DNA from: Eledone cirrhosa
Lineage: Eukaryota
Direction of reading: 5' to 3'
Assembly (NCBI GenBank): GCA_964016885.1
Contig: OZ024763.1
Span: 27,466,001-27,530,000 of the forward strand
DNA: 64,000 nt
Shown: positions 43,586 to 58,349 of the stretch, in pieces
Layout: each line of letters begins with the position of its first letter
Position numbering within the stretch: the first letter of the stretch is position 1
Translations under genes and position numbers: made by a program
Notes under the pieces: model-generated
Database searches by the model: none
What the model was told of the DNA's origin: nothing
The model's input: only the letters and a program-made list of their open reading frames with translations

Positions 43586-43618
43586 GTGGGCGGCAGAGCC
43601 AAAGGAGAGTGTAGAGAC

Positions 43619-45496
43619 CTACCTTTCCGCTTCCCGGGGTTCGGGTTGCACGACTTCCATGGGGTCGGGGGTGTTGGGTGAAGGGGTGTCTTGTGGTGGT
43701 GTGGGGTCGTCGGTGTGTGGTGGGGTTGGGGTGTTTGGAGTTGTGTTGGGGAGGGGAAGGGGAGGGGGAAAGCTTTTTAGTAGGACGCGGTTTATGGGTT
43801 TGACAGAGGGTGGTCCTACGTCCTCCTTAAAATCCTTTTTTAGTTTTTGGTAGAGGTTCATTGGGATTTTTATTAGTTTTAAATGTGGGTGGTTTTCTGA
43901 TGAAACAAAGTTTACACCTTCGGTTTGTACCGAAGGATTATTGTATATGAGTTCATTTAATTTATTATTGTTTCTGTTGATGTAAGTATAGTGTAATGTC
44001 TTTTTTTCCGATGGTGTGAGTGTTTCGAAGAGGGGAGGGGCAGGTTTGGTTTTGTTTGTTGCTGGAGGGGTGTTTTCTGTTTTGTTAGATTGTGTTGCGA
44101 TTTGGGTGGGGGTTGTTTGTCCTTGTGTGTTTTGCACATGTTTTCTTTTTTTCCTTTTAATCTGTCTGAAGGACTCCGTTTCTTCCTCCGAATTCGTTGG
44201 GTTATCTTCAGTGTTGGAGGGAAGAGGTATGTTTGCTGGTAATGTTTCCGTGTTGGTTTTCTTTGTGGGGGAGATGGATGTCACTATGTTAGACTGTGTT
44301 GTGTGTTGTGTCTGCGGTGGTTGTGTTGTTTTATTGAGTGAGAGGTTGGGTGGGCCTGTATTTTGTTTTGGGGTAATGTGTTGTGACTGTTTGTGTTGTG
44401 GTGGTGTTGTGGTGTTACTGAGGGACGGGTTGGGTGGGACTGAGTTTTGTTGTTTGTTTATCTGTTGTGGTGGTGGTGGTGGAGCTGGTGTTGGTAGCAG
44501 AGTTTTCTTTTTGTTGAGTTGTGGACAAGCGGCCTTCAGGTGCCCTCTGCCTGCACAGATATGGCAGGACGGCCTTCTCCCCTCCACGCTAATGTTTATA
44601 TACCCGTGGTCCTCTAATAGGATTCTGTCGGGTATTTGGGCGATACGTTCAGGCTTCATTTGTACTACCAGCTCTATACCTGTTCCACTGAACGCATTGC
44701 CTGTGGTTTTCCCAATGGAAATCACGTTGTCATTCACTGGATCGATGAAGCCAGCTATGAGCCAGCAGTAGTCCACATCTGGCATCATTGCATCCAGCCA
44801 TATGCGTTGAGTTTTTTTTCCCATATAAGATGGATAAAAGGTGAAATTTTTCGAACGAATCGGTGACAAAGCACATTTTTTTGCCGCCGATTCGTTCTTC
44901 ATGATAATTGCTAGGCTTCCATACAGTCTGTCTTTTCTTATGAAAGTTGTTTCATTCAGTACTTCTGCGAGTACTGTTTTGATATCTGCTTGAGAAGGCT
45001 GTTCAGGTTTTTTTGTACTGTTGTTGATGGTCCGAAACTTGACCGTTCGGCTTTCAATGTCTTTCATGAATTCTTGAGGCATTTTTACCAATAAAATACC
45101 ATTCTCACCTTCACTTATGTATTGTTTTGCGTCCGTGATCCTTCGTACCACATCTGAAATGTTTTCCGCTATATAAGTCAAAGATTTCTTTGTTTTCTGT
45201 GCAAAAGAAATCTTGTCGTCTGCTTTGTTTTCTGATATGATGTTATTTTCAACTGTTATTTTTTTGTTTGTTGTGTCTTTGTTTGTGTTATTAGTATTGT
45301 CATGCAATTTTTCAAATTTTTTTTTTTCGTTGTTTTCGTCATTTAATTTTTTCTCCGCAGATTCGTCCGTTTTTATTTTCATTTTTCCTTCCTTCTCTAT
45401 GACGTTAGTTGGGAAGGAAGGGAGGACTAAAGCGTGCGAGCTTACAACTCTTACCGCTGTCCCCCCACCACTATTTTCGTTCGCTGCGTTTAACAT
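43619..45496 (-). CDS. Tx1-type ORF1 (gag-like nucleic-acid-binding protein with a single CCHC knuckle and a Pro/Thr/Gln-rich tail; 625 aa)
   Basis: ATG start; CHICAGRGHLKAAC (CX2CX4HX4C) preceded by VEGRRPS; N-terminal SFAQK motif; lies immediately upstream of ORF2. Confidence 0.9.
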   Translation of the reverse strand: MLNAANENSGGGTAVRVVSSHALVLPSFPTNVIEKEGKMKIKTDESAEKKLNDENNEKKKFEKLHDNTNNTNKDTTNKKITVENNIISENKADDKISFAQKTKKSLTYIAENISDVVRRITDAKQYISEGENGILLVKMPQEFMKDIESRTVKFRTINNSTKKPEQPSQADIKTVLAEVLNETTFIRKDRLYGSLAIIMKNESAAKKCALSPIRSKNFTFYPSYMGKKTQRIWLDAMMPDVDYCWLIAGFIDPVNDNVISIGKTTGNAFSGTGIELVVQMKPERIAQIPDRILLEDHGYINISVEGRRPSCHICAGRGHLKAACPQLNKKKTLLPTPAPPPPPQQINKQQNSVPPNPSLSNTTTPPQHKQSQHITPKQNTGPPNLSLNKTTQPPQTQHTTQSNIVTSISPTKKTNTETLPANIPLPSNTEDNPTNSEEETESFRQIKRKKRKHVQNTQGQTTPTQIATQSNKTENTPPATNKTKPAPPLFETLTPSEKKTLHYTYINRNNNKLNELIYNNPSVQTEGVNFVSSENHPHLKLIKIPMNLYQKLKKDFKEDVGPPSVKPINRVLLKSFPPPLPLPNTTPNTPTPPHTDDPTPPQDTPSPNTPDPMEVVQPEPREAER

Positions 45497-45726
45497 TTCT
45501 GTTAGACGACTGAAATTTTTTACACAAAATTTTTTAAAACAGGTTTTTCACCTCTAGGAGGGGTAAAGATGAGCTGACCCACCGCCTGACAGTTCAGACG
45601 GAGGGTCAAGCTACACAATTGTATCAAAATTAAGTTTGAACTCACAAAATTTCCTCAATAAATTTGAACAAAACTTCTGTGCGAAGTGAATGACATCCAC
45701 ACTGTAGAACAGACGACAGCTAGATT

Positions 45727-45777
<51 letters not shown>

Positions 45778-45932
45778 TAGTACAAAAAGTCCGGTGATAC
45801 GAGAGCCGGTAAATCCTTCGTAATTTGGATGCGGGTAATTATCCAAGGGCAGCCCGGCAGGTGGGCCCCATAAACGTTAAATGATATTTAAAAAAAACAC
45901 ATATATACATACACCCCCTACACACATATCTC

Positions 45933-45963
<31 letters not shown>

Positions 45964-46074
45964 ATATGTGTGTGTTACAGCTCACACCTATGCAGGTTTA
46001 GCTGGCCTCCTCCATGGTATATCTCGTTGGAGGTGTCTTGGGTGATTTAATGATAGGGACCCCAGTCCTATCAT

Positions 46075-46217
46075 GTCATTTCTACAGCTGAGTAAACTGG
46101 AGCAACGTGAAATAAAGTGTCTTGCTCAAGGAAACAACACATCACCAGGTCCGAGAATTGAACTCACAACCTTTTGATTGCAAGCCCAATGCTCTAGCCA
46201 CTAAGCCATGCACCTTC
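46075..46217 (-). mobile_element. SINE family B head and central domain
   Basis: CTGGAGCAACGTGAAATAAAGTGTCTTGCTCAAGG..GAATTGAACTCAC..CACTAAGCCATGCACC, matching 32235-32357. Confidence 0.8.
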
Positions 46218-46400
46218 ATATATGTATAAGTATATATATAACTAACAAATAGTTTATCGCTCTACATGGCTGAATACAATAAATGTAATCTGAGATTTTC
46301 GAATATCAATGATAATATTCGATTCGTTTGCAATTATGCAAACAGCCTCTTTAAGGCCATGTCAGTAGAATGACCCCGACATTTTTGCTCTGGTGTTGGC

Positions 46401-46492
<92 letters not shown>

Positions 46493-46686
46493 ATATATCA
46501 TTCGAAGGCTACGACAATGCAACAAAGATGTTTCTGTATCACCTGTTAATTTTGTTTTTACATGTCCTAATATTTCGATGAAAAAAACCCCTCCTCAGAA
46601 GACTGTAATGAGAAACTGGCTCGGTGTTAGTGTTTTCGTTGATATCGGCCAACCATTTTCAAAATTTTCGAGTAACCTACTACTTG

Positions 46687-46736
<50 letters not shown>

Positions 46737-47082
46737 TTATTTATATGTGCGTGTGAATGTGTAAGTGTCTTAATATACATGTAAAACTATATATTTATAG
46801 AGTGATAGATCGATAGCCTGGTAACGGCTTTTTCTACAATAGGTGTATCGGTTCATATACAAAAATATATTACACAATATAAATAAATACATACACATAC
46901 ACATACTCAGACACACACACACACATACACAGACACACACACACACACACACACACACGTATATATATATACGTGTGTGTGTGTGTGTGTGTGTCTGTGT
47001 GCATACAGAGAGAGAGAGGGAGAGGGAGAGAGATAATGAGAGATAGAGCGAGTGAGAGATTATGATAAAGCGAGGGAGAGAA

Positions 47083-47145
<63 letters not shown>

Positions 47146-47686
47146 GACAAAGAAAGAAAGCGATAGACAAAAGCGGGACAGAGAGACTGAGAGAAAAAGA
47201 GAGATTGAAAAGGAGAGAGATATAGAGAGAAAGAGAGAGATATAGAGAGAAAGAGAGATAGATATAGAGAGTAAGAGAGAGCTTTAGAGAGAAAGAGAGA
47301 GATATATAGAGAGATATTGAAAAAGAAAGAGAGATATAGAGAAAGAGAGAAAGAGAACGAGAGAGAGAAGGAGAAAGAGAACGAGAGAGATTGATTTATT
47401 TCAGTAGAAATAGAATAAAAATAAAAATAAAAATAAGTATAAAACAAAATAAAAATAAAAATAAAGTAAAAAGAAAATATAGAAAAAAATAAACAAATAA
47501 ATACATAAATAAATAACTAAATAAAGAAAGAAATAAGGAAAGAAAGAAGGAAGGAAGGAAAGAAAGAAGGAATGAAATTGAGTTAAAGCCTGTGGGGATT
47601 ACTGTAAAGCCGAATAGAGAGTGTTGTAATGATTGATTAAACTCATCGATATATCGATATATCTATATATCTATTGATATATCTAC

Positions 47687-47730
<44 letters not shown>

Positions 47731-47787
47731 TTATCGATATATATACATATATATATATCGATAAATCTATATGTATCTATTGATATG

Positions 47788-47862
<75 letters not shown>

Positions 47863-47930
47863 CTCTGTCTTTCTATCTATCAGTGAGTCTATTTTTCTCT
47901 CTGTCTCTCTCTCACTCTCTCTCTTTATAT

Positions 47931-48006
<76 letters not shown>

Positions 48007-48088
48007 GCACATATATATATGTGTGTATATAAGTATTGAGTACTCTGGTGCGTTATGGTCCATCTGGTTCCTTACCACAACTCCTTCG

Positions 48089-48150
<62 letters not shown>

Positions 48151-48411
48151 CTACATATCTATCTATGTATCTCACTATCTATCTATCGATCTATCGATTA
48201 ATCAGGATTTACTAGTCTAACGTATATATCGTATGTAGGTCTGAAAGTAATTTTTTTGGGGATATATATATATATTAGTTATATATATATAGTATATAAG
48301 TAGGATATAGTAGATATGTATACATACATACCTACTATCACATACACATATATCATGTGCATTGTGCAAGCACACGCAACACACGATCACAACACATAGA
48401 TATATATAAAT

Positions 48412-48455
<44 letters not shown>

Positions 48456-48511
48456 CGTATAAGTACTGTATGTAACTGTTATCAGGAAAGGAAAAACAAA
48501 TTGTTTGAAGA

Positions 48512-48601
<90 letters not shown>

Positions 48602-48738
48602 TATGCATGCACACACATACACACATATATGTGCATGCATGCATAAACACGCACATATACATGCACACAAACGTATATATATATATATATATATATATAC
48701 TTAATATAAAAGTGTATATATATATATGTATATAAATG

Positions 48739-48810
<72 letters not shown>

Positions 48811-48855
48811 TATACATACATATATATACATATATACACACACACATATATATAC

Positions 48856-48925
<70 letters not shown>

Positions 48926-49005
48926 GTATAAATATATACATATATATATATATATAAATGTATAAATATATACATACATATATATATATATAAATGTATA
49001 AATAT

Positions 49006-49036
<31 letters not shown>

Positions 49037-49040
49037 AATG

Positions 49041-49072
<32 letters not shown>

Positions 49073-49074
49073 CA

Positions 49075-49170
<96 letters not shown>

Positions 49171-49632
49171 AATACCTACATGCGATCACATATATTCCCA
49201 CAACTATACACACCAATACAGGTATCGATATATATATACTTTTGGAAACCTATAACCAGACATCAAGGAATCTTTGTAATAAAAGAAAAATTTTACACGT
49301 CTCATTAAACGGAACAGTTCCTATGAAACCGATATAAAATAGTTAATCCCCCTACACACCTTCTCCAGCAATCCCACCCTACACCACCTCCACACGAACC
49401 CTTACTTCCTTACCCACGTCGAATTTACCAATTCCATCTATTATCGATTAAGTACTATCTGTGTTGTAGGGGGCAGCGGGCGGCCTTCTTCCATAACTCT
49501 CGATGGAGTCGTAGTGGTAACTTAGTGACATTTGTCGTGTCCCTTGGAGGACATTTTTCAAAAATCCTAGAGGATCTCATGTCCCACCCCCCTCTCTCTC
49601 TCTCTTTCTCTCTCTCTTTCTTTCTTTCTATC

Positions 49633-49689
<57 letters not shown>

Positions 49690-49829
49690 CTATCTATCTC
49701 TATCTCTCTCCCCATCTCTCTTTCTCTCTCTCTCTCTCACTCTCTCTCTCTCTCTCTCTCTCTCCCTCTGTCTCCCTCTTTAGGTTTGAACACAAACACA
49801 GACGATATGGACCCGGGAAAGATAGTGAG

Positions 49830-49873
<44 letters not shown>

Positions 49874-49891
49874 GGCACTCCTAACACACAC

Positions 49892-49934
<43 letters not shown>

Positions 49935-50129
49935 GTATATGAAACACAAATTAAAATAATTTTGAAAACCATACAATGCACTAGAAAGAAAGTCAAGATT
50001 GCTAAGATAACAAAAGAATCTTACCTTAGCAAATTTGATAATCTCAAATATCCCTATGAGAGACTTTAAAGATCGGTCGGTTGGACATGTTTGTTTAGAA
50101 AGCAGATTTAAGTTAAATGGAATATATAT

Positions 50130-50500
50130 TCTTCTTCTTCTTCTTCTTCTTCTTCTTCTTCTTCTTCTTCTTCTTCTTCTTCTTCTTCTTCTTCTTCTTC
50201 TTCTTCTTCTTCTTCTTCTTCTTCTTCTTCTTCTTCACATGGGGGTTGTGGGAGCAGAGTCCCAACTGATCCGACTGGGTGCCCAAAGAGTGAGACCAGC
50301 CAAACTCATGGATCTTATCCATCTATCTTGCTAGGGCTCCACCTCTGGGTCTCCTGCCAGTTGGTTTTGCCCGTAAAATCTGTCCAGCGATTCTTTTCTT
50401 AGACATTCTAACCACATGTCCGAGTATCAGAGCTGTGATCTCTTAATTCGGAGAAGTAGCAGCTCTACCTGGAGTGACTCCCTGATCTCCGAGCTACGCA
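50130..50500 (-). mobile_element. 5'-truncated, decayed RTE-clade LINE 3' end with a (GAA)n tail (50130-50235)
   Basis: With frameshifts the minus strand encodes RSSEIRESLQVELLLLRIKRSQL..GHVVRM..AKPTGRRPRG.., typical of the RTE/Rex3-Expander C-terminus. Confidence 0.8.
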
Positions 50501-50968
50501 CTCTATCAAGTAATGTTATTCCAAAGACCCATCGGAGGAATCCTATTTCGACTGCTTGTATTCGCAATCGTATTCCTTCAGTTATTATGGAAGATTCACG
50601 ACCATAGGATCTATATAACTCCTTAAATCTTCTTCTTGGTGGTTATTTTTAGTTTTATTCCATTTTGGTGGTGAACTGCCAAATTTCTTAAAGCATAGGT
50701 CAAAGCACTTTACATTCCGAGGTCAGATTCTGCAACCTTTTCTAAGAACGTAAAATCAATAACGACCTACCACGTTATATCTTATCGTCTATACCAGGGA
50801 TCATTAGAGTAGATTATACCGACACCCAACAATTGATGGATCTACTCAGAGCATCGATTGAAGTTTTGAATCAACCAGAACTGAAACGCTCCTCGTCGAA
50901 AATGACGTATAACCCACCACCACAGCCAAAACATATTACCCAACAGCTCATTTTTTTATATTCTAAAA

Positions 50969-51157
50969 CAGTGGTTACCAAAGTGGGTTCTATGGAGCCC
51001 AAGAGTTCCGCAAAGGAGTGCCTAGGATTCTGTGAAAAAAGGTAGAGAAATATATTTATATTACAACCATATAACTGTATTAAACTTTGGGGCTCCCCCC
51101 AAAAGTTTCTGAACTAAAAAAGGAGTTACGCATTTGAGAAAGTTTGGGGAAACCCTG
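50969..51157. mobile_element. hAT (Charlie-like) MITE
   Basis: TIRs CAGTGGTTACCAAAGT ... AGTTTGGGGAAACCCTG; flanks TTCTAAAA and CTCTAGAA form a 6/8 TSD resembling the NTCTAGAN preference. Confidence 0.65.
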
Positions 51158-51439
51158 CTCTAGAATGTGATTTCAGCGAGATTTGGCTGTTATTTCTAGG
51201 ATGATGAGCGACCTCAATGTGGCTTCTGCGTTAACTCGTATGTGCTTCAGTATGTTTTATAGCCGGCTGTCAATTCTAGTCCTCCATAATTCTTGTTTTG
51301 AACCAACAACGAACAAAATATATAAATAACTATATGGCCGCTAAAAATTTGCATTGTTTTTGAAAAATTTGTACAAGAGAGCAATGGATCTTGTGAGTGA
51401 TAGCTCATGTCTCAGGTAATATCTCAGACATCAGATTTA

Positions 51440-51449
51440 GCGCGCGCGC

Positions 51450-51538
<89 letters not shown>

Positions 51539-52605
51539 AGTGTGAGTGTCTATATGTGTGTGTCTATGTGTGTATGTGTCTATGTCTATATATGTGTCTA
51601 TATGTGTCTATATGTGTCTATATGTGTGTGTCTGCGTGTGTGTCTATGTGTGTGTCAGTGTGTGTGCATATATGTGTGTGACTATGTGTGTGCCAGTGTG
51701 TGTGCCTATATGTGTGTGGCTATATATGTGTATCTATGTGTATGTCTATATGTGTGCGTCTATGTGTGTGTCTATGTGTGTGTGTCTATGTGTGTGCGTC
51801 TATGTATGTATATCTATATATATGTATCTATGTGTATGTGTCTATGTGTGTGTGTCTATGTATGTGTCTATGTGTATCTATGCGTATGTCTATATGTGTG
51901 TGTCTATGTGTATGTGTCTATGTGTGTGTGTCTATGTATGTGTCTATGTGTATCTATGCGTGTGTCTATATGTGTGTGTCTATGTGTATGTGTCTATGTG
52001 TGTGTCTATGTATATGTCTATATATGTGTATCTATGTGTATGTCTATATGTGTATGTGTCTATGTGTGTGTGTGTCTATGTATGTGTCTATGTGTATCTA
52101 TGTGTGTGTCTATGTGTATGTGTCTATGTGTATGTGTCTATGTGTATGTGTCTATGTGTATGTGTGTGTCTATGTGTATGTGTCTATGTATGTGTCTATG
52201 TGTATGTGTCTATTTGTCTGTGTCTATGTATGTGTCTATGTGTATCTATGCGTGTGTCTATATGTGTGTGTCTATGTGTATGTGTCTATGTGTGTGTGTC
52301 TATGTATGTGTCTATGTGTATCTATGTGTGTGTCTATATGTGTGTGTCTATGTGTGTGTGTCTCTGTATGTGTATCTATATGTGTATCTATGCGTGTGTC
52401 TATGTGTATGTGTCTACGTGTATGTGTCTATGTGTATGTATCTATGTATGTGTCTATGTGTATCTATGTGGGTGTCTATATGTGTGTGTCTATGTGTATG
52501 TCTATATGTATGTGTCTATGTGTATCTATGTGTGTATCTATGTGTGTGTGTCTACGTGTATGTGTCTATGTGTATGTGTCTATGTATGTGTCTATGTATA
52601 TGTGT
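51440..52605. repeat. (CG)n(TG)n followed by a ~1-kb compound (TG)/(TCTA)/(TATG) microsatellite
   Basis: Directly visible. Confidence 0.95.
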
Positions 52606-52800
52606 CTCTTCTATCCGCCATGTTTCCCCCAATAAATCACAGTCTAGTGTTAGGTATTACCTGGTTTAAATATTGTCTAATGTGGCACGGAACTAAGAGA
52701 TAGCTTATGTCACTTCAACCAAACTCCGCCATTTATTTCAACAAAGACTTGTGCTGTTGGTTGCCTTCTATATCATTATATATGCTTTATATATACATAC

Positions 52801-52851
<51 letters not shown>

Positions 52852-52960
52852 TATATATATATATATATACTCACACACATGAACACATGTATATATATAT
52901 ATGTATATGTATACGTATATATACATATATGTTTATATATATATGTGTTTATATATATAT

Positions 52961-53026
<66 letters not shown>

Positions 53027-53074
53027 ATATATATATATATATTTATTTGTATATAAATATAACTTGGTTATCTC

Positions 53075-53186
<112 letters not shown>

Positions 53187-53278
53187 TATATATATATACA
53201 TATATCTGTGTGTGTATTTGCTTGTGTGTGTCTAAAAGCACAAACATGTAAACGGACAACACAATGACACGCACACCC

Positions 53279-53374
<96 letters not shown>

Positions 53375-53579
53375 GCATGTATGTGTGCATATACACTTGC
53401 ATTATCTAGCAAGCAGTGATATATTCCTCCTATTCAAGGTGTGATACATAGATAGGTGTCAACTAGTTGACATCACTGAATAGACGACGTCTAGGAATAG
53501 TTAAAACATGTGATGTTGTGGCCTCTATGCTCTTTTTTGTTTTGTTCTCAACGCCATTAGCCGGGCGAAGATAAACACG

Positions 53580-53745
53580 AATGGTGGGCAAATCTGGAGA
53601 TTTATTAGAATGTCGGACAGAACGCTTTGTGGTGTTTGTGCCCGATCACAGTCCTGTGAGTTCAAATCCCACCAAGGTCAACTTTGCCTTCCATCCATTC
53701 AAGGTCTTTAAAGATGTACCAGTAAAGTATTGTGGTCGATTCTTC
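53580..53745 (+). mobile_element. Old diverged SINE family A copy
   Basis: GAGTTCAAATCCCACCAAGGTCAACTTTGCCTTCCATCC..GTACCAGT. Confidence 0.65.
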
Positions 53746-53787
53746 CTCCATATCTCTTTCTCACTTCCAATCTCTCTCTCTCTCTCT

Positions 53788-53904
<117 letters not shown>

Positions 53905-54127
53905 CCTCTCTCTTTCTCTCTGTTGTCTTTCATCCATTCAATATTGATGATAAAAAAAAAGTACCAGTCAAATACTGGAGTTGATTTTTCCTCTACACCT
54001 CTTTCTCACTTCCATTCTCTCACACTCCGACCTTCTTTGGAAGAAATCGGCTGTATTCAGACCTGGATACATACATACATACATACATACATACATACAT
54101 ACATACATACATACATACATACATACA

Positions 54128-54161
<34 letters not shown>

Positions 54162-54227
54162 CATACATACATACATACATACATACATACATAAATACAT
54201 ACATACATAAATACGTACATACATACA

Positions 54228-54261
<34 letters not shown>

Positions 54262-54329
54262 CATACATATATACATACATACATACATACATACATACAT
54301 ACATACATACATACACACATACATACATT

Positions 54330-54779
54330 GTGGCTGCCAACTCATTTTCGAGTAGGGCCACTACTTTATATCCATGTAGGAGAACCCCTACCGATGCGCT
54401 GAACGAGTGTGACTTTTTAGTCCAGCCAGCGACTTGAAAACTCTGGTACAAACACTACACTTGTGACAATTATTGACACATAGTGCTGGGCCCATGGTAC
54501 CATGTGACGACAAGTGCAGAGAAATCTCCAGATATAAAGCAATGCCTGTGCCGTGAAGCTTTTATAGTGAGCAAAGGCACTGCACAAAGCCAGTCTCACT
54601 CTCTTAACCAAGATGATATTTGCCAAAAAGAAGAACAAGTCAACATCATTGGATACCATCAGGGTTGCAGGTGTCATATCAGAGTTTTCCTTCTCCTAGA
54701 ATTCTGCCTTGACAAAGGCTAAGTGGTCATCTCTCCCGGTGATTTTGGATGGCCATTGACTCTTAAGAGCTCCTTTGCC
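54330..54779 (-). mobile_element. 5'-truncated copy 2 of the 4730-5331 element, with a long (TATG)n tail (54067-54327)
   Basis: Near-identical reverse complement of 4887-5331; (CATA)n on both flanks. Confidence 0.85.
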
Positions 54780-54861
54780 CTACATACATACATACATACA
54801 TGGGACAGGGAAAAGAAGGCATGCAAAGTAGTGGAATTTAGTGGAATATATATATATATAT

Positions 54862-55040
54862 AATTGTTTCTACTTTTTGGCACAAGGCGAGCAAATACCC
54901 AGTACATTACTGGTACTTTATTTTATCGACCCCGTAAGGATGAAAGGCAAAGTTAACCTCGGCGGGATTTGAACTCAGAATGGCAAGGACCGTAACTCAA
55001 TGTGTCAAAGCATGGCGTCCGATCCCCTACCGATACTGCC
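54862..55040 (-). mobile_element. SINE family A
   Basis: Reverse-complement match to 12534-12720. Confidence 0.85.
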
Positions 55041-55165
<125 letters not shown>

Positions 55166-55892
55166 GAGAAGTGAGTAATCGAATGATAATAAACATATTG
55201 GAGGGAGATCGAAAAGATTATTCTCTCACAAATTATTTACCGTTCGATACAGAGAAAGGATAGGATAGGTGTATCATGTTACTGCTGTTGGTAGTGATGA
55301 TGATGGGGTGGGGGGGGGTGATGATAGAGATGGATGTGGTGATGGTGATGATGATGATGGTGGTGGTGAATATGGTGATGATGGTGGTGGTGATGATGAT
55401 GATGGTGATGGTGGTGATGACGATGGTGGTGGTGGTGGTGATGGTGATGGTGGTGGTGATTGTGATGATGGTGGTGATGGTGGTGGTGACGACAGTGATG
55501 GATGTGGTGATGGTGATGATGGTGCTGATGATGGTGGTGATGATGGTGATGGTGGTGGTGGTGATGATGATGGTGCTGATGATGATGATGATGGTGATGG
55601 TGGTGGTGGTGATGATGATGGTGCTGATGGTGATGGTGATGGTGATGGTGGTGGTGGTGGTGAATATGGTGATGATGGTGCTGATGATGATGGTGATGGT
55701 GGTGATGGTGGTGATGGTGATGGTGGTGGTGGTGATGATGATGGTGATGGTGGTGGTGGTGGTGAATATGGTGATGATGGTGCTGATGATGATGGTGATG
55801 GTGATGGTGGTGGTGGTGGTGGTGGTGATGGTGATGGTGGTGGTGGTGAATGTGGTGATGATGATGATGACGTATGGAAGATAGTCACAAAC

Positions 55893-56070
55893 ATCGGTAG
55901 AGGGTCGGATGCCATGCTTTGCAGCATAGAGTTACGGCCCTTTATGGTCTGAGTTCATATCCCGCCGAGGTTGACTTTGCCTTTCATCCTTACGGGGTTC
56001 GATACAATAAAGTACCAGTAATACACTGGGGGTTGTTGCTGGCCTTGTGCCAATAGTAGAAACAATTATT
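55893..56070 (+). mobile_element. SINE family A
   Basis: Same core and 3' end, followed by (ATT/ATG)n. Confidence 0.85.
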
Positions 56071-56207
56071 ATGATGATAATTATGATGATTGTTATTATG
56101 ATGATGATGATAATAATGGTGATAATGATGATGATTGTTATTGTTATTATTATGACGATGACGATGATGATGATGATGATGATGATGACGATGATGATGA
56201 TGATGAC

Positions 56208-56242
<35 letters not shown>

Positions 56243-57027
56243 CGATGATGACGATGATGATGGTGATGACGATGATGACGATGATGACGATGATGATGGT
56301 GATGATGATGATGATGATGATGTCGATGATGGTGATGATGATGATGGCGATGATGACGACGGAAGATAGCCACAAATATGATGATGACGACGATGGAGAT
56401 GATGTTGATGATGATGATGATGATTAGGATGATGATGATGATGATGCTGACGATGGAGATGATGTTGATGATTAGTATGATGTTGATGATGATGATGATG
56501 ATTAGTATGATGATGGTGATGATGATGATGATTAGTATGATGATGATGATGATGATGATGATTAGTATGATGATGATGATGATGATGATGATTAGTATGA
56601 TGATGATGATGATGATGATGATTAGTATGATGATGATGATGATGATGACGATGGAGATGATGTTGATGATTAGGATGATGTTGATGATGTTGATGATGAT
56701 GATGATTAGGATGTTTAGAAAGATGACAGCAAATTTACATATGTAACATAAACACAAAAAACAACACATAACAAAACAAAACAAATCTGTGTGTTTGATG
56801 TCTCTCTCTCTCTCTCTCTAGCGCTGTGTCTCTATCTCTGTTTCTCTCTCTGTTTCTCTCTCTTTCTCCCTCTCTCTCTACCTCTCTCCTTCTTCCCCCT
56901 CCCTCCCTCCCTCTCCCTCTCTCTCACTCACTCACCATCTCTCCATCTCTCTATCTCTCCATCTGTCTATTAATCTATCTTCCACACAAATACACATACG
57001 CACACACTCACTTACATCTCTCTCTCT

Positions 57028-57078
<51 letters not shown>

Positions 57079-57182
57079 TCTCTCTCTCTCTATCTTTCTC
57101 TCCTTCTTCTCACTCACTCTCTATCTTTCTCACACACACACACACTCTCTCTCTCTCCATCTTTCGCTCTTTCCTTCTTCCA

Positions 57183-57238
<56 letters not shown>

Positions 57239-57407
57239 GAAGAAGGAAAGAGAGAAAGATGGAGAGAGAGAAAGAACGAGAGAGACACACGGAGAGAAAT
57301 TGCGTGTGTGTGTATTTGTTTGTTTGTGTCTCAGTGTGGTCGGAGATGAAAGTCTACAGATAGATAGATTGATAGTGTGTCAATGTGAGTTGGATATATA
57401 TATATAT

Positions 57408-57450
<43 letters not shown>

Positions 57451-57469
57451 TATATATATATACACACAC

Positions 57470-57500
<31 letters not shown>

Positions 57501-58027
57501 TATATATATATATACACACACACATATATATATATATACATATATATATATGGATCAAGTGTAGATCATTTATATTGAAAGACATATACTGTATATATGT
57601 ATATACATATATATATATATTTGTGTGTGTCGGTTTGTACGTATATATATATATATATATATATATCTACATCTATATATGTAAACGTGTGTGTGAGTAT
57701 GTGTGTGTGTTTTTGTGTGCATATATATATATATGTGTATTTATACATACAAATATATCTATCTATCTATCTATCTATATATATATATATATTTATATAC
57801 ACACATACACGTATATATATATAGATATATATTTGTATATATATATATATATATTTATACACACACCCATATATATATACGCACACATACACACACACAT
57901 ACACGTATATATATATATATGCGCGTGTATGTGCGTGTATATATATATATATATATATACACGCACATACACGCGCACATACACACACATACACATATAT
58001 ATATATATATATATATACGCACATACA

Positions 58028-58140
<113 letters not shown>

Positions 58141-58349
58141 GGGGTGAGAATTGCAAAACCATCTGGAGTGTAAAGATGGCGGACAAGATAAAATGGCGAT
58201 CGGAGATAAATGTGACATTGTGTGACATTGTATGTGGCTGGGTGACGCTGTGGGACGCTGCTGTCGGCAGGGAAAAATTGAGGTTACCGGGTGATAGCTT
58301 GGTTAGTCGCTTATCTTGAACGATCTTTGTTGTCTAGTGATTAGAAATA

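Larger units (their letters stand above)
39933..45720 (-). mobile_element. Full-length Tx1-clade (L1 superfamily) non-LTR retrotransposon, ~5.8 kb, both ORFs open
   Basis: ~225-bp 5' UTR, ORF1, 33-bp spacer, ORF2, ~215-bp 3' UTR ending AATAAAGAA plus (ATCT)n. (GATA)n on both flanks (39899-39933, 45729-45777). Confidence 0.95.

Noticed and set aside
40444-45557. Antisense and alternate-frame ORFs within the Tx1 element (e.g. 44016-44771 +)
   Set aside because: They are shadows of the compositionally biased ORF1/ORF2 and have no recognisable motifs.
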